Shown piece by piece: positions 46,044 to 55,714 of a stretch of 64,000 nucleotides of DNA. The notes under the pieces are model-generated. The model was not told the origin of the DNA and made no database searches. It saw only the letters and a list, made by a program, of their open reading frames with translations. The position numbers were made by a program, and so were the translations under genes. The stretch comes from a virus, in the IMG/VR virus record IMGVR_UViG_3300009503_000018, positions 1 to 64,000 of that record, one strand, 5' to 3'. The first letter of the stretch is position 1. Each line of letters begins with the position of its first letter.

Positions 46044-46348
46044 ATCAAGATCAATGGATCATAGAATTTCGTATAGACTTTGAAGAAAATTATATTGGTG
46101 TATTTCGGGGAACGAGAGAATATAAAAAAACAGTGGTGCTATGTTCTAATTCCACAGGTTGGTATCGTTTAGCGGAAGGGACGTTTCGCGAAGGACAGGG
46201 ACGTGTTCGATCAGGATTTATGCACCCGCGTCCTCTTAGAAAATGTATCCAAAGAATTCACAAAATGTATCAATTTGATAAAAGCGCACAAACACGTTTG
46301 AGAAATATAAACACGGATGAAATAATTGTAGGGGAGTTGTTCGTCTAA
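46040..46348 (+). CDS. WIIE...RNIxTGExI paralogue family member
   Basis: WIIEF...LRNINTDEIIVGELFV. Confidence 0.7.
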   Translation: MNQDQWIIEFRIDFEENYIGVFRGTREYKKTVVLCSNSTGWYRLAEGTFREGQGRVRSGFMHPRPLRKCIQRIHKMYQFDKSAQTRLRNINTDEIIVGELFV

Positions 46349-46521
46349 TGCCGAGTTGGAAAAGAAAACTGTTTGACAAAATTAAGCACCGTAATCCTTA
46401 TGCAGTGCCTGCTCGTCAGCGCAAATCCGGCGTCGTTGATCCTCGTAACAAGCCGCGTGGCGGCGCCAAAAATTGGCGCGACTTTTTGGATGATTTTGAT
46501 ACGGACTCTGATTTAAAATAA
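46348..46521 (+). CDS. Small basic protein, 57 aa
   Basis: MPSWKRKLFDKIKHRNPYAVPARQRKSG...; ATG overlaps upstream TAA. Confidence 0.55.
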   Translation: MPSWKRKLFDKIKHRNPYAVPARQRKSGVVDPRNKPRGGAKNWRDFLDDFDTDSDLK

Positions 46522-46540
46522 GACAGAGAGGAGAATTGTT

Positions 46541-47164
46541 ATGAACAAGTTCGTAGTAAGTATAATTGTCGCCGCATTTTTATTTGGTACGGCAGCGTTT
46601 GGAAACGGAAATGGGAATGGAAATGGGAATGGAAATGGGAATGGAAATGGGAATGGGCATGGGGGTGATACTATATGCACACTAGAAAATGCGACGTTTA
46701 GTCCGGCTGAGGCCGTAAGTTTTTGTTCCCAATTGGACACTAATCTGTTGACTAATATTTGTCGTCCAGTAGTAACAGCGCATGTTGCAGATTACTGCGA
46801 GCCGTATATAAACACCGAAGTCGAGAACCGCATTAATCAGCGAATTGGTGATATTTCTAATTTCTGTGGCGGAGATGTTGATTTGACCAAAATTGCTGTC
46901 TATCTCGGCAGTATTTATCATATGTGTGCGCAAACTCAAAATGCGGCATTAAATACTTCTAGTGTGTGTGAAATGACTCAGAACACCTGTGCTCCAAACC
47001 AGACTGTTCATTGCCCCGATTTTCAGCCGATGTGCGCGAAATGGGTTAAGCGCCGTCGGAAGTTTTTTGTCGTCGACTCAGCGACTGGAAAAAGAGTTCC
47101 TGTTGTTGATAATATGACTTTTTGTGTAAAGTGGGTTAAGCCCGCAGTGATACCTGTCCCGTAA
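46541..47164 (+). CDS. Secreted Cys-rich protein with (GN)n tract
   Basis: Signal peptide MNKFVVSIIVAAFLFGTAAFG, about 10 GN repeats (12-bp unit ggaaatgggaat). Confidence 0.75.
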   Translation: MNKFVVSIIVAAFLFGTAAFGNGNGNGNGNGNGNGNGNGHGGDTICTLENATFSPAEAVSFCSQLDTNLLTNICRPVVTAHVADYCEPYINTEVENRINQRIGDISNFCGGDVDLTKIAVYLGSIYHMCAQTQNAALNTSSVCEMTQNTCAPNQTVHCPDFQPMCAKWVKRRRKFFVVDSATGKRVPVVDNMTFCVKWVKPAVIPVP

Positions 47165-47189
47165 GGAGTAGTACTTTCTTCGCTAATAG

Positions 47190-47240
47190 CAAGGGAATCT
47201 CGCAGCTAATAGCTGCGAGATTCCCTTGGACAACTTTTTT
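47190..47240. terminator. Strong hairpin terminator between convergent units
   Basis: Perfect 18-bp stem caagggaatctcgcagct-aat-agctgcgagattcccttg followed by a T-rich tract. Confidence 0.85.
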
Positions 47241-47493
47241 CTGTCCTTCGTGGGTTCAAGCTGTAAGAGGTGGGGGTTTACTATTCGGTCTCAGAGGTCC
47301 GACGAGAACGATAAAAAGGAACAAGGAACTAAATGAAGCCACAGCTTCCGAGTTTGTTTGCCCAAAATCAAAACATTGGGCACCAACCAGAACATTCTTT
47401 GAGAGAAGTCCAGACGGGAAAACGACGAAATAATCGAGGATTCTTTTGAGCTATATCGCGATGTGCCGGACCAAACAGAAATACTAAACAACG

Positions 47494-47940
47494 TCAATGA
47501 GGAATTACCTTCATTATACCGCACGGGTATCTCATAAATCGGACATTTTTCCGCACGACTTTTTTGCCGGACCACAAAGTCGGAATATTCTCATGCACTA
47601 GCTCGCGAGCGTCGTTTATATAGTATACTTTTTTGACGCCGTAGTCTCGAAGCATAGCAAAACACGCCTGACACGGTCGTGAGGTTGCCAAGAGTCCCGT
47701 CCGAGTAATCCGGACGACGAACATCGTCCCGCCTTTCGATTCCGACAAAGGAACTCCCAACAACGCATCTGCCTCGGCATGAATGGTCTTCCAGAAACAA
47801 TAGCTCTGTGGATGCGTTTTCGGCTGATTTGTACCGAATGAAACAACTTTGTTCCCTCGGGTTAGGACCGCACCCACATGATACTTGTGCGAAGACCGCA
47901 AAGCGGCCCTCTTTGCGAGTTCAACAAAACGCGTATTCAT
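47494..47940 (-). CDS. Cytidine/deoxycytidylate deaminase-family protein
   Basis: HVGAV, IHAEADA, SRPCQAC. Confidence 0.88.
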   Translation of the reverse strand: MNTRFVELAKRAALRSSHKYHVGAVLTRGNKVVSFGTNQPKTHPQSYCFWKTIHAEADALLGVPLSESKGGTMFVVRITRTGLLATSRPCQACFAMLRDYGVKKVYYINDARELVHENIPTLWSGKKVVRKNVRFMRYPCGIMKVIPH

Positions 47941-47950
47941 AAAGAGTTAC

Positions 47951-50900
47951 ATGTTTAGGATGACATCAATATCTTCGGATGAAGTCGTGCCGGTAGAAGA
48001 CCCTTTTGCTTCTGATCCAAGTGTAGCACACATATTGGACAAAATCAAGAGCGCTGTTACTACCCGCTGTGATCGAGGTCTGCCGAAAATTACTCTAGCA
48101 CAGAACTTCAAACAATTCAAGAACATCATCCATTTCGTGACCGATCCAGAAGGACTCGCATTGAATACGCTATGGCATTTTAATCGGCAGTATCAGTACA
48201 TGCGGGATTTTTATTCGCTACTGTGTCCACAATGTAATAAGCCAGGTCCGAATCCCGAAGCCCCATTCGATTGTTGGGGAAAATCCGCCTTACAGCTCCA
48301 AGACGATGTGTTATTTGAAAAAAACGCGATGGGCGAATATCAATGCCCACAATGCGGTCTTTTGCAAAAAGACTCGGGACTACCGAACTATCGTGAAATG
48401 ATTGGAGTCTGTGGAATGCGCAGTGGCAAAACCATGCTCGCAGCGCAAATCCTGTTATACGAGCTTCATTGTGATTTACTCCTTAATGACCCACAAAAAT
48501 CTTGGGGTTTGGCGCCGGGGCAAGAAGTTTATTATTGCTTAAAAAAAGGCAGTCTCATCAATACTACACAAGGATATAAACCAATTGAAATTATTGGTGA
48601 AGGAGACGTTGTTATTGACAAAGACGGGAATGAAAATGTGGTAATGCAGGCCTGGGGAGAGGGTGTTCGTCCTATTATGGAAATTTCTTTGTACGGAGGA
48701 AAAAAAATATACGCCACCCCTCAACATACTCACCCCGTTTGGGCTTGGCCAAGATTATGTGCATGTGGATGTCGACGACCGGTTAATTCTGGTGTTTTAT
48801 ACGTGTCTGGACATAATTTTAATCGGCAGGTTGTAACGAAAAAAGCCGGCGCGACGATTACACAAGGTCATAACACATATCGGAATATCCCCTACGATTA
48901 TAATCCTTTTCAGCGCTTACGCACTGATGAACTACGAAAAGGTGATTATTTTCTTATTCCACGACATTTCAATGAAATCAAACCAAAACAACCAATTGAA
49001 TTTGCACGGTTGTTAGGATACTACATCGCTGAAGGAAATTCCGTTTCAAATCGAAAGGCCATTTACTTGAACTTTAGCGCTCACGAATATGAAACGTGGG
49101 CAAAAGATGCGGTAGACTTGGCGCGCGGGCTTTCCTTTGTTGCTTCTCGGAATGTACGATCTCCTCGATCACGTGTGTATATTGGATCCCAATCTTTAGA
49201 ATTATTTGAGTATCACGGTGGACGGTATTCTTCAAAAAAGCACTGTAGTGAAGAAGTAATGCGTTGGCCCCTCAAATATAAGCGTGAATTGATTATTGGA
49301 TTATTTCGCGGTGATGGAACACGAGGATATTATAAACGAAATAAAGACAAAAAAATATTTATGGTCCAATATACTACAACTTCTAAAATTTTAGCATTAC
49401 AAATTGAATTACTTCTGGCTCAACTCGGTTTTCCTTGTGCGGTATCGTGTGTTCACAAAAAGCTGCCGCGCCACGATTGTTATATTTTGCAAATTCGTGG
49501 AAATTTTGCTAAACAATTGGCACATATGATTTGGGGTGATGAATTTCCTGTTTTACCATCCAAGAAATGGAGAACCCAAGCGTGGGTAGACGACCAGTAT
49601 GTGTATATTCCAGTCCGATCTGTGAAGTTTGTTCCTTCCGATGAAGTATACAACATTACAGTCGATAATTCACATTCATATTTATGTGAAAACATTGCAA
49701 CTTATAATTCCGTTGCAACCACGAAAGGCGAACAAGCCAAAGACACGATTTTTGCCGCGATTGATGGCCTATTTACGAATTCTCCGTGGTTTACGCGCTA
49801 TGTCAATGCCCTTAAACATACAGCAAAAAACCAAGGAGTTCCTGTAGACAGCGTTTTCGTCAAAAACTTGTCGGAGATTCGCTTCTTGCACAAACAGCTT
49901 TTTGTGGATTTAACCGGCTCGAACTCGGCTGGCATAGCCGGAAAAACCCGAAAAGTGTGCGTTGTCGACGAAGTCGCGCGATTTATGGAAACCGAAAGTC
50001 GCATGGGTGTAGACGCTGTTTACGATACGCTCAAAGCGTCGCTTCTTACGCTTTCCAAATACGGATCGAAAATGATCTGTATTTCGTCTCCACTGTTCAA
50101 AACCGACAAAATCATGCGCCTCAAAGAAGAAGCACTCACAACGATAGAACACGCAAAAGCGGAGGGAAAAACCCCCTTTGTCCTCGTATTTCATCATGCG
50201 ACATGGGATTTTAATCCGAATATTAAACTAGAAGACGCATTTATTCAAGAAGAATTTCGGAAAAATCCTGTCGCAGCACGCCGAGACTTTGGTGCGGACC
50301 CTCCTGGGGCGTTAGATCCGTGGATCCCCGAGGAATCTTGGATTGATAGATGTGTAGACCCAGACATTACAAATCTCGTGTTCGTTCGCGATAGGACAAG
50401 ACCACGTCTATTGAAAGACAATGTCACAACAGTTGTGCAAAAAGATCTGGCGAGCATGGTCTTGGATGTGCCGACGACCCGACACATCACAATTGCCTGT
50501 GACCCAGGATATCGCAAAGACTCGTTTGGTATGGTCTTAGGATATACAAAGTTCACGGAAACACAGCGAGGGGGTGAGGAACATTTGTACGTGGGTGCCG
50601 TTCTTGTATGGGAACCCCGGGAAAAACCGCGAATCGAAGTTGATTTTGTGAATGTCCTAGACTGTATTCGTCGATTTGCGAAACATTGGATCGTTGACAA
50701 AGTGTATTATGACCAATGGCAGTCAATTTTTCAAATTCAACAACTTCGAGATGAAGGAATTGATACTGATCGAATATCCTTGGAACCAAAAGATTGGGAT
50801 TTGCTTGCAACGCTGATTTACAATCAGCAAATCCATTTACTCTCACCAGACAAAGGGGGGAAAGCGGCAGAACGGTTGCTTTGGGAACTCAAAAATCTTC

Positions 50901-51070
50901 AAATCAAAGACAAAGGCAGAGTAGACCACGCTTCGTATTCTTCCAGCGATTTGGCAGTTTGTTTAGCTCGTCTTGCAAAAGCTTTAGTAAGTCCTCAAGC
51001 GGGACGGAAAAAGACTTTGGATCAACGCTCGGCGGGGATTGCTCGGACCGTGCATTTGCGCCGACCGTGA
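47951..51070 (+). CDS. terL: Terminase large subunit interrupted by an intein
   Basis: Walker A GMRSGKT, Walker B CVVDEVAR, nuclease IACDPG...DSFG, YDQWQS, DLAVC. Confidence 0.88.
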   Translation: MFRMTSISSDEVVPVEDPFASDPSVAHILDKIKSAVTTRCDRGLPKITLAQNFKQFKNIIHFVTDPEGLALNTLWHFNRQYQYMRDFYSLLCPQCNKPGPNPEAPFDCWGKSALQLQDDVLFEKNAMGEYQCPQCGLLQKDSGLPNYREMIGVCGMRSGKTMLAAQILLYELHCDLLLNDPQKSWGLAPGQEVYYCLKKGSLINTTQGYKPIEIIGEGDVVIDKDGNENVVMQAWGEGVRPIMEISLYGGKKIYATPQHTHPVWAWPRLCACGCRRPVNSGVLYVSGHNFNRQVVTKKAGATITQGHNTYRNIPYDYNPFQRLRTDELRKGDYFLIPRHFNEIKPKQPIEFARLLGYYIAEGNSVSNRKAIYLNFSAHEYETWAKDAVDLARGLSFVASRNVRSPRSRVYIGSQSLELFEYHGGRYSSKKHCSEEVMRWPLKYKRELIIGLFRGDGTRGYYKRNKDKKIFMVQYTTTSKILALQIELLLAQLGFPCAVSCVHKKLPRHDCYILQIRGNFAKQLAHMIWGDEFPVLPSKKWRTQAWVDDQYVYIPVRSVKFVPSDEVYNITVDNSHSYLCENIATYNSVATTKGEQAKDTIFAAIDGLFTNSPWFTRYVNALKHTAKNQGVPVDSVFVKNLSEIRFLHKQLFVDLTGSNSAGIAGKTRKVCVVDEVARFMETESRMGVDAVYDTLKASLLTLSKYGSKMICISSPLFKTDKIMRLKEEALTTIEHAKAEGKTPFVLVFHHATWDFNPNIKLEDAFIQEEFRKNPVAARRDFGADPPGALDPWIPEESWIDRCVDPDITNLVFVRDRTRPRLLKDNVTTVVQKDLASMVLDVPTTRHITIACDPGYRKDSFGMVLGYTKFTETQRGGEEHLYVGAVLVWEPREKPRIEVDFVNVLDCIRRFAKHWIVDKVYYDQWQSIFQIQQLRDEGIDTDRISLEPKDWDLLATLIYNQQIHLLSPDKGGKAAERLLWELKNLQIKDKGRVDHASYSSSDLAVCLARLAKALVSPQAGRKKTLDQRSAGIARTVHLRRP
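48536..49708 (+). mobile_element. Intein with LAGLIDADG homing endonuclease in TerL (391 aa)
   Basis: CLKKGSLI...; LLGYYIAEG; IIGLFRGDG; YNITVDNSHSYLCENIATYN then Ser+1. Confidence 0.92.
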
Positions 51071-51219
51071 CTCGAAGACTTTTAAGGAATAAAACTGAAG
51101 AACTCCGAGTGAGGAATTCCAAGCCAATGCAAAATAAGATGTAGAATAGGAAAGACCAACGAAAGTCTCCACAGCCAACAACACGCGTGATTTTGAATAT
51201 TTTTTGTACAAATCCTCAT

Positions 51220-52190
51220 TTACGCTCTCTCCAAATACGTATTACTAACGACTTTGAGAATTACTCGTTCGCATTCAGGATGCCATCGTTCCTGCATTGG
51301 CTTTATGACGATACCTTCTCGGCAATGATTGGCTCCCGGGATAAGCGTATTTCCTTCAGCCAACGCGAGCATTCGATCATAGTCCATAGGGCAGCAATCT
51401 ACAATCGGCACCCACGGCAAATCCGGCCCTCCGAAGCTGTACAGATCTTTGGCATCTACCCATTGGCCATTATGCCAAATATCAAATACCGCAATATGGA
51501 CCTGTCCCGGCTTAGCCCCATAGCGCAGGTCTTGGACCCATCCGTAGACTTCACCGTACACAGCAGTCCCGGGATTCGCTCGGAGAAAGTCTTGCAAAGC
51601 TGGATACTGACGCAGCGCCTTCCACCACACCACATCATCCGCTTCGCTTTTCCATGTTGTCCGAGAGCCGGCACGAAACCGTCCATCCACATAGACCCAT
51701 CGCCCATTGGTTCCATGGATCTTCTCTGTTACTACAACCATTTCTCCAGACTCAAACACACTGCGCCCGTACTTTCGAAAAGACTCAATGTCGTATACAG
51801 GATAATGACCAGGGGGGGCCTGCTCGCATTTTCCGCAAGACGTGGATTGGACTCCGGCGGTTCGTAATGCACAATCCCAAGAACCTGTGTCATGTCTTCG
51901 CCGATTTGCGCTCCGGGAGGAGCCGGGACTAGGAGTCCGGCACTCCATTGCCCTCGCAAGCGTCGAGCTTTGATGCGCCGCTCGTCTTTGAGAAAGGCGA
52001 ATTCTGGTGTATCAGGGACGACGTTATCGGGCGGAATGTACACACCTCGATCCTTCCCGATCCAATCTTCGGTTCTGACCACAACTTGATAGCCTCCGCC
52101 GTAGATTTTCACGATCGAGAGACGATCAGCATTCGGGTGCGGCTCCAAAACCACAGGAACAACTTCTGCCTTGTGTGTACTACTGGCCAT
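51220..52190 (-). pseudogene. RNA ligase, DRB0094 family, split by a frameshift at a C7 tract (51812-51818)
   Basis: Upstream ORF HPNADRL...RLRG.WS.GLL; downstream ORF VTEKIHGTN, EGIVIK, LKVVS..YL; one added C gives a continuous 323-aa protein. Confidence 0.85.
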
Positions 52191-52380
52191 GTCGCTTCCT
52201 TTTGATCTTAAGACGTTTGTCTAATTCGTCCATGTTCTTACGCATTTCAGGATCGTTATCCGCATGGCGGACGATTACGCGCTTCTTTGTCGAGTCGTAG
52301 TACGAACTACAAACCAATCGGCGAGGTTTGATATTCATCATATGTTACTGCAAAGTCTGAGAGAATTTCCCAAGCACGCG

Positions 52381-52776
52381 CTACTCTGTCACATACCTTT
52401 GTTTTAGGGGTTGCCATATGTCTTTTAGGACCCACGCAACCGCGCTACACCTTTGCAGGATGTCGTTCACAACCTCTTGCTGCGGATATTCGGTCAACAC
52501 GATCCCCAGCACCATCAGTACTTTGAGCGTTGTTGCAACGTCTCGCGGGAGTTCCGCCGGTAGGTTTCCGTCGTGTCGTTGGAAGAATGCCGCGAGTTCG
52601 GCGATATCGCGCCGCATCATTTGCCTATTGGTTTGTGTCATAAAATAAACCTTCCTTTCGGCTACCTCTTTCTGACGGGTTTTGCGAGCAATTGCATTCA
52701 GCCGGCCAAACGTCGCCATTGTGTCAAGTCCGTTCGAGTCAAACTTGAGAATACACGAACTGTCGGCAGAAGTCAA
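52381..52776 (-). CDS. Hypothetical protein
   Basis: ORF behind promoter TTGACT(52776)-N17-TATTCT; true start probably downstream ATG (52720 or 52639). Confidence 0.5.
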   Translation of the reverse strand: MTSADSSCILKFDSNGLDTMATFGRLNAIARKTRQKEVAERKVYFMTQTNRQMMRRDIAELAAFFQRHDGNLPAELPRDVATTLKVLMVLGIVLTEYPQQEVVNDILQRCSAVAWVLKDIWQPLKQRYVTE

Positions 52777-52818
52777 GAGGGGGGGGGCAAATTTTTTGAT
52801 AAGACGGACTCCGGCGGT

Positions 52819-53823
52819 TTATAATGCACAATCCCACGAACCTGCGTATTTTTTTGATTCCCACCACGACCGATGCGCGCGATACCACTCAACCGTAGCT
52901 GCAAGCCCGTCTCGCAGCGACCAGCGCGGTCGCCAGCCCGTTGCCCGCAGTCGGCTAGAGTCAAGTGCGTAACGTCGATCATGTCCCGGTCGATCTGTTA
53001 TATACTGCACAAGACTTTCGGGACGCCCCGTTAGCTCAAGGATAGCCTTAGCAATTTCCAGATTTGACGCTTCATTTTCCGCACTTACATTGAATACACT
53101 ACCAATGTCGCCTTCTTGCCCCAGCAAGTGCCATAACGCTGCGCAATGATCCTCGACGTGAATCCAGTCACGCACATTCATTCCATCCCCATAAAGTGGA
53201 AGTGGCTTTCCGTCGAAGGCATTTGTCACGAAAAGCGGAATAAGCTTTTCTGGAAATTGGTAAGGACCATAATTGTTCGAACAGCGTGTAATCACAGTTG
53301 GTAGCCCATAGGTTGTAGCATATGCTTGAACAAATGCATCGGCTGCGGCCTTACTTGCCGCATACGGGCTCGATGGTCGCGTAGGCCATTCCTCTGTTGC
53401 CCGTCCTTTTGCAATGCTTCCGTAGACTTCATCAGTTGACACATGAAGAAATCGCCGAAGTCCCCGCAATCCCCGCGCGACCTTCAGCAAAGCCACTGTT
53501 CCTACAACATTGGTCTGAAGAAATGGAGCGGGATCGACAATGCTGCGATCCACATGGGACTCGGCTGCGAAATGTACAATTGTATCAATTCGTTCCTCGC
53601 GGAGGAGTAATGCCACGGCTGGCCAATCTACTATATTTCCGCGCACGAACCGAAAGCGAGCGTCGCCCTCCAAGTCAGCGAGGTTCGCCCAATTTCCTGC
53701 ATACGTAAGGAGATCTAAGACTACCAACCGTTCAATGAGCGGAGTGCCCGGTGTTCCCTCGAACATTCCACGAACAAAGTTTGTGCCAATAAAGCCGGCT
53801 CCTCCGGTCACGAACAGACGCAT
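52819..53823 (-). CDS. rfbB: dTDP-glucose 4,6-dehydratase
   Basis: VTGGAGFIG, HFAAESHVDRS, HVSTDEVYG, PYAASKA, RCSNNYGPYQFPEKLIP, DRPGHDRRY. Confidence 0.95.
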   Translation of the reverse strand: MRLFVTGGAGFIGTNFVRGMFEGTPGTPLIERLVVLDLLTYAGNWANLADLEGDARFRFVRGNIVDWPAVALLLREERIDTIVHFAAESHVDRSIVDPAPFLQTNVVGTVALLKVARGLRGLRRFLHVSTDEVYGSIAKGRATEEWPTRPSSPYAASKAAADAFVQAYATTYGLPTVITRCSNNYGPYQFPEKLIPLFVTNAFDGKPLPLYGDGMNVRDWIHVEDHCAALWHLLGQEGDIGSVFNVSAENEASNLEIAKAILELTGRPESLVQYITDRPGHDRRYALDSSRLRATGWRPRWSLRDGLAATVEWYRAHRSWWESKKYAGSWDCAL

Positions 53824-53841
53824 GATCTTTTCAAAAAATAG

Positions 53842-54051
53842 TTATTTGATCTTTTCAAAAATAGAAATTTCGATGTGAGACCCATCTTCAAATTCTAAGT
53901 ACAACCCATACGGAGAAGGTGCTGCATCGGCGTGGCTGTACCGTGTGACCTTATTTAAAACGGCAATTCGACTATCATGTCGAAAACGTATATCCGCCCT
54001 AGCTAAAGCGTCAGCAATAAGATTTTCAATATCAACTAAATCTACCGTCAT
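53842..54051 (-). CDS. Hypothetical protein
   Basis: 69 aa. Confidence 0.55.
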   Translation of the reverse strand: MTVDLVDIENLIADALARADIRFRHDSRIAVLNKVTRYSHADAAPSPYGLYLEFEDGSHIEISIFEKIK

Positions 54052-54053
54052 TA

Positions 54054-55034
54054 TTATTCTCCTTTTGAAAATTCCTGGAGTAACTTCTTTTGTTTTTCTG
54101 TTAATTTTTGCGGGACTTCAATGGTTATCTCTACGATTTGGTCTCCTGTTTTCTGTCGGCTTTTTACGCCCTTGCCTGGAACGCGAAAACATGTGCCGAT
54201 TTGTGTACCGGCGGGTATATGAAGAATAATATTGCCAAACAGTAACGTGGGGACTTCGATGGTCCCACCGAGAACAGCCGTAGAAAAAGGAATAGGGTAT
54301 TTTATTTTCAAATCGTCGCCTATTCGTTCAAACTTGTGGTGGGGGAGTACGGAAATATGTAGATAAAAATTTCCGGGTCTTCCTCCACACCGTCCTGCAT
54401 GACCAAAATTGTGCTTTACAAGGACTGCGTCGTGCTCTGTCGCCGGACGCAACTCTACAGCGACGACTTCTTTTTTCGGAACACGTCCCTCTCCATGACA
54501 GGTCTGACATTTGGCCTTTATCGCAGCGCCGTACCCGCCGCAAGAAATGCAAGTCTGTGTAAATGAAAAATATCCCGCGCGCTGGGAAATATGCCCTTGT
54601 CCTTTACAATGTTCACAAGGCGCTTCTTCTCCACCCCGTCCACGACACTCGCTGCATTCTTGAAGTCGGGAAATCTCAAATCGTTTGGTACATCCAGCAA
54701 TCGCTTCTTCTAAGGTAATATGAAGAACATGGTGCAAATCTTCTCCACGCCGGGTCCGAGAAACTCTCTCTTGTGCAAAGAAAGAATTAAACGCATTATA
54801 TATTCCTTCGAGATTATCAGTGAAGAACTCTGGTTCTTTCTTTTGACCGTCTTTATTTAAAAGCGTGTCTTTTGCTTCAAGTATCTCGCGAAATTTTTCT
54901 TCCGCTTCTTTTCGATTATTAGGACACTTATCGGGATGCCATTGTACTGCTAATTTCCTAAATGCCGCTTTAATGTCATCCGCAGTTGCGGATTCGTTGA
55001 GTCCCAGAATTTGATATGCGCGAGTATGTGTCAT
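54054..55034 (-). CDS. dnaJ: DnaJ (class A) co-chaperone
   Basis: J domain with HPD, CxxCxGxG repeats, C-terminal G.GDLY/LGG.I.VPTL. Confidence 0.93.
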   Translation of the reverse strand: MTHTRAYQILGLNESATADDIKAAFRKLAVQWHPDKCPNNRKEAEEKFREILEAKDTLLNKDGQKKEPEFFTDNLEGIYNAFNSFFAQERVSRTRRGEDLHHVLHITLEEAIAGCTKRFEISRLQECSECRGRGGEEAPCEHCKGQGHISQRAGYFSFTQTCISCGGYGAAIKAKCQTCHGEGRVPKKEVVAVELRPATEHDAVLVKHNFGHAGRCGGRPGNFYLHISVLPHHKFERIGDDLKIKYPIPFSTAVLGGTIEVPTLLFGNIILHIPAGTQIGTCFRVPGKGVKSRQKTGDQIVEITIEVPQKLTEKQKKLLQEFSKGE

Positions 55035-55120
55035 TGAAAGTTACATATTAGCTGACACAAAATAGTATAATCTGAATCATAACTAATTGTACACAAAATT
55101 GCACATAAAATGTTGGTTAG

Positions 55121-55205
55121 TAGCGGCGGAGGGACTCGAACCCCCACGGATATTAATTCCGCCGGTTTTTGAGACCGGAGCGTCTGCCAATTCCGCCACG
55201 CCGCC
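55121..55205 (-). tRNA. tRNA-Leu (anticodon CAA)
   Basis: GGCGGAATTGGCAGACG D arm, CCGGT-CTCAAAA-ACCGG, long variable arm, GGTTCGAGTCC; CCA not encoded. Confidence 0.92.
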
Positions 55206-55245
55206 ATTTTCCAATCCTTTAGCGCGGGATTGGAGATATGTCGCA

Positions 55246-55701
55246 TTATGTGTCTGAACCTACCTGAACCGGAATTTTCACGACTTGAGGTTTGGGATTA
55301 TTCTTTTTTACAGTAATTGTCAAAACCCCATATTGCAGTTTAGCGGTAACGTCCTCTTCTTTTATCGGTATATTGGCGATAGAAGGATCCCTTGCGATAC
55401 AAGTGCATGTGTGCGAAGTCTGCGTTTCTGCATTATGGCGCTTCGCTGTTACTGAGACATAATTTCCGGGACGTAATTCGATTGTTATGTCTTCTGGACG
55501 TACTCCGAGCATATCGAAATTAAAAGTTACGGTATCTTCCTTGTCATAAATTTTTGGATATGAATGGTCTGCACAATACCTCACATACTGGTTAGAAAAA
55601 TTATCTCTCATATAAGAGTCATACCACTCCCTATAAGAATCATACCACGACCAAAAAGAATAATCCATACCTGGTGGATTCACATTCAATAGCCACGTCA
55701 T
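55246..55701 (-). CDS. Small heat-shock protein (Hsp20/alpha-crystallin)
   Basis: DMLGVRPEDITI...AKLQYGVLTITV; AAGGAGG RBS before ATG 55701. Confidence 0.8.
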   Translation of the reverse strand: MTWLLNVNPPGMDYSFWSWYDSYREWYDSYMRDNFSNQYVRYCADHSYPKIYDKEDTVTFNFDMLGVRPEDITIELRPGNYVSVTAKRHNAETQTSHTCTCIARDPSIANIPIKEEDVTAKLQYGVLTITVKKNNPKPQVVKIPVQVGSDT

Positions 55702-55714
55702 TCTAATCCTCCTT

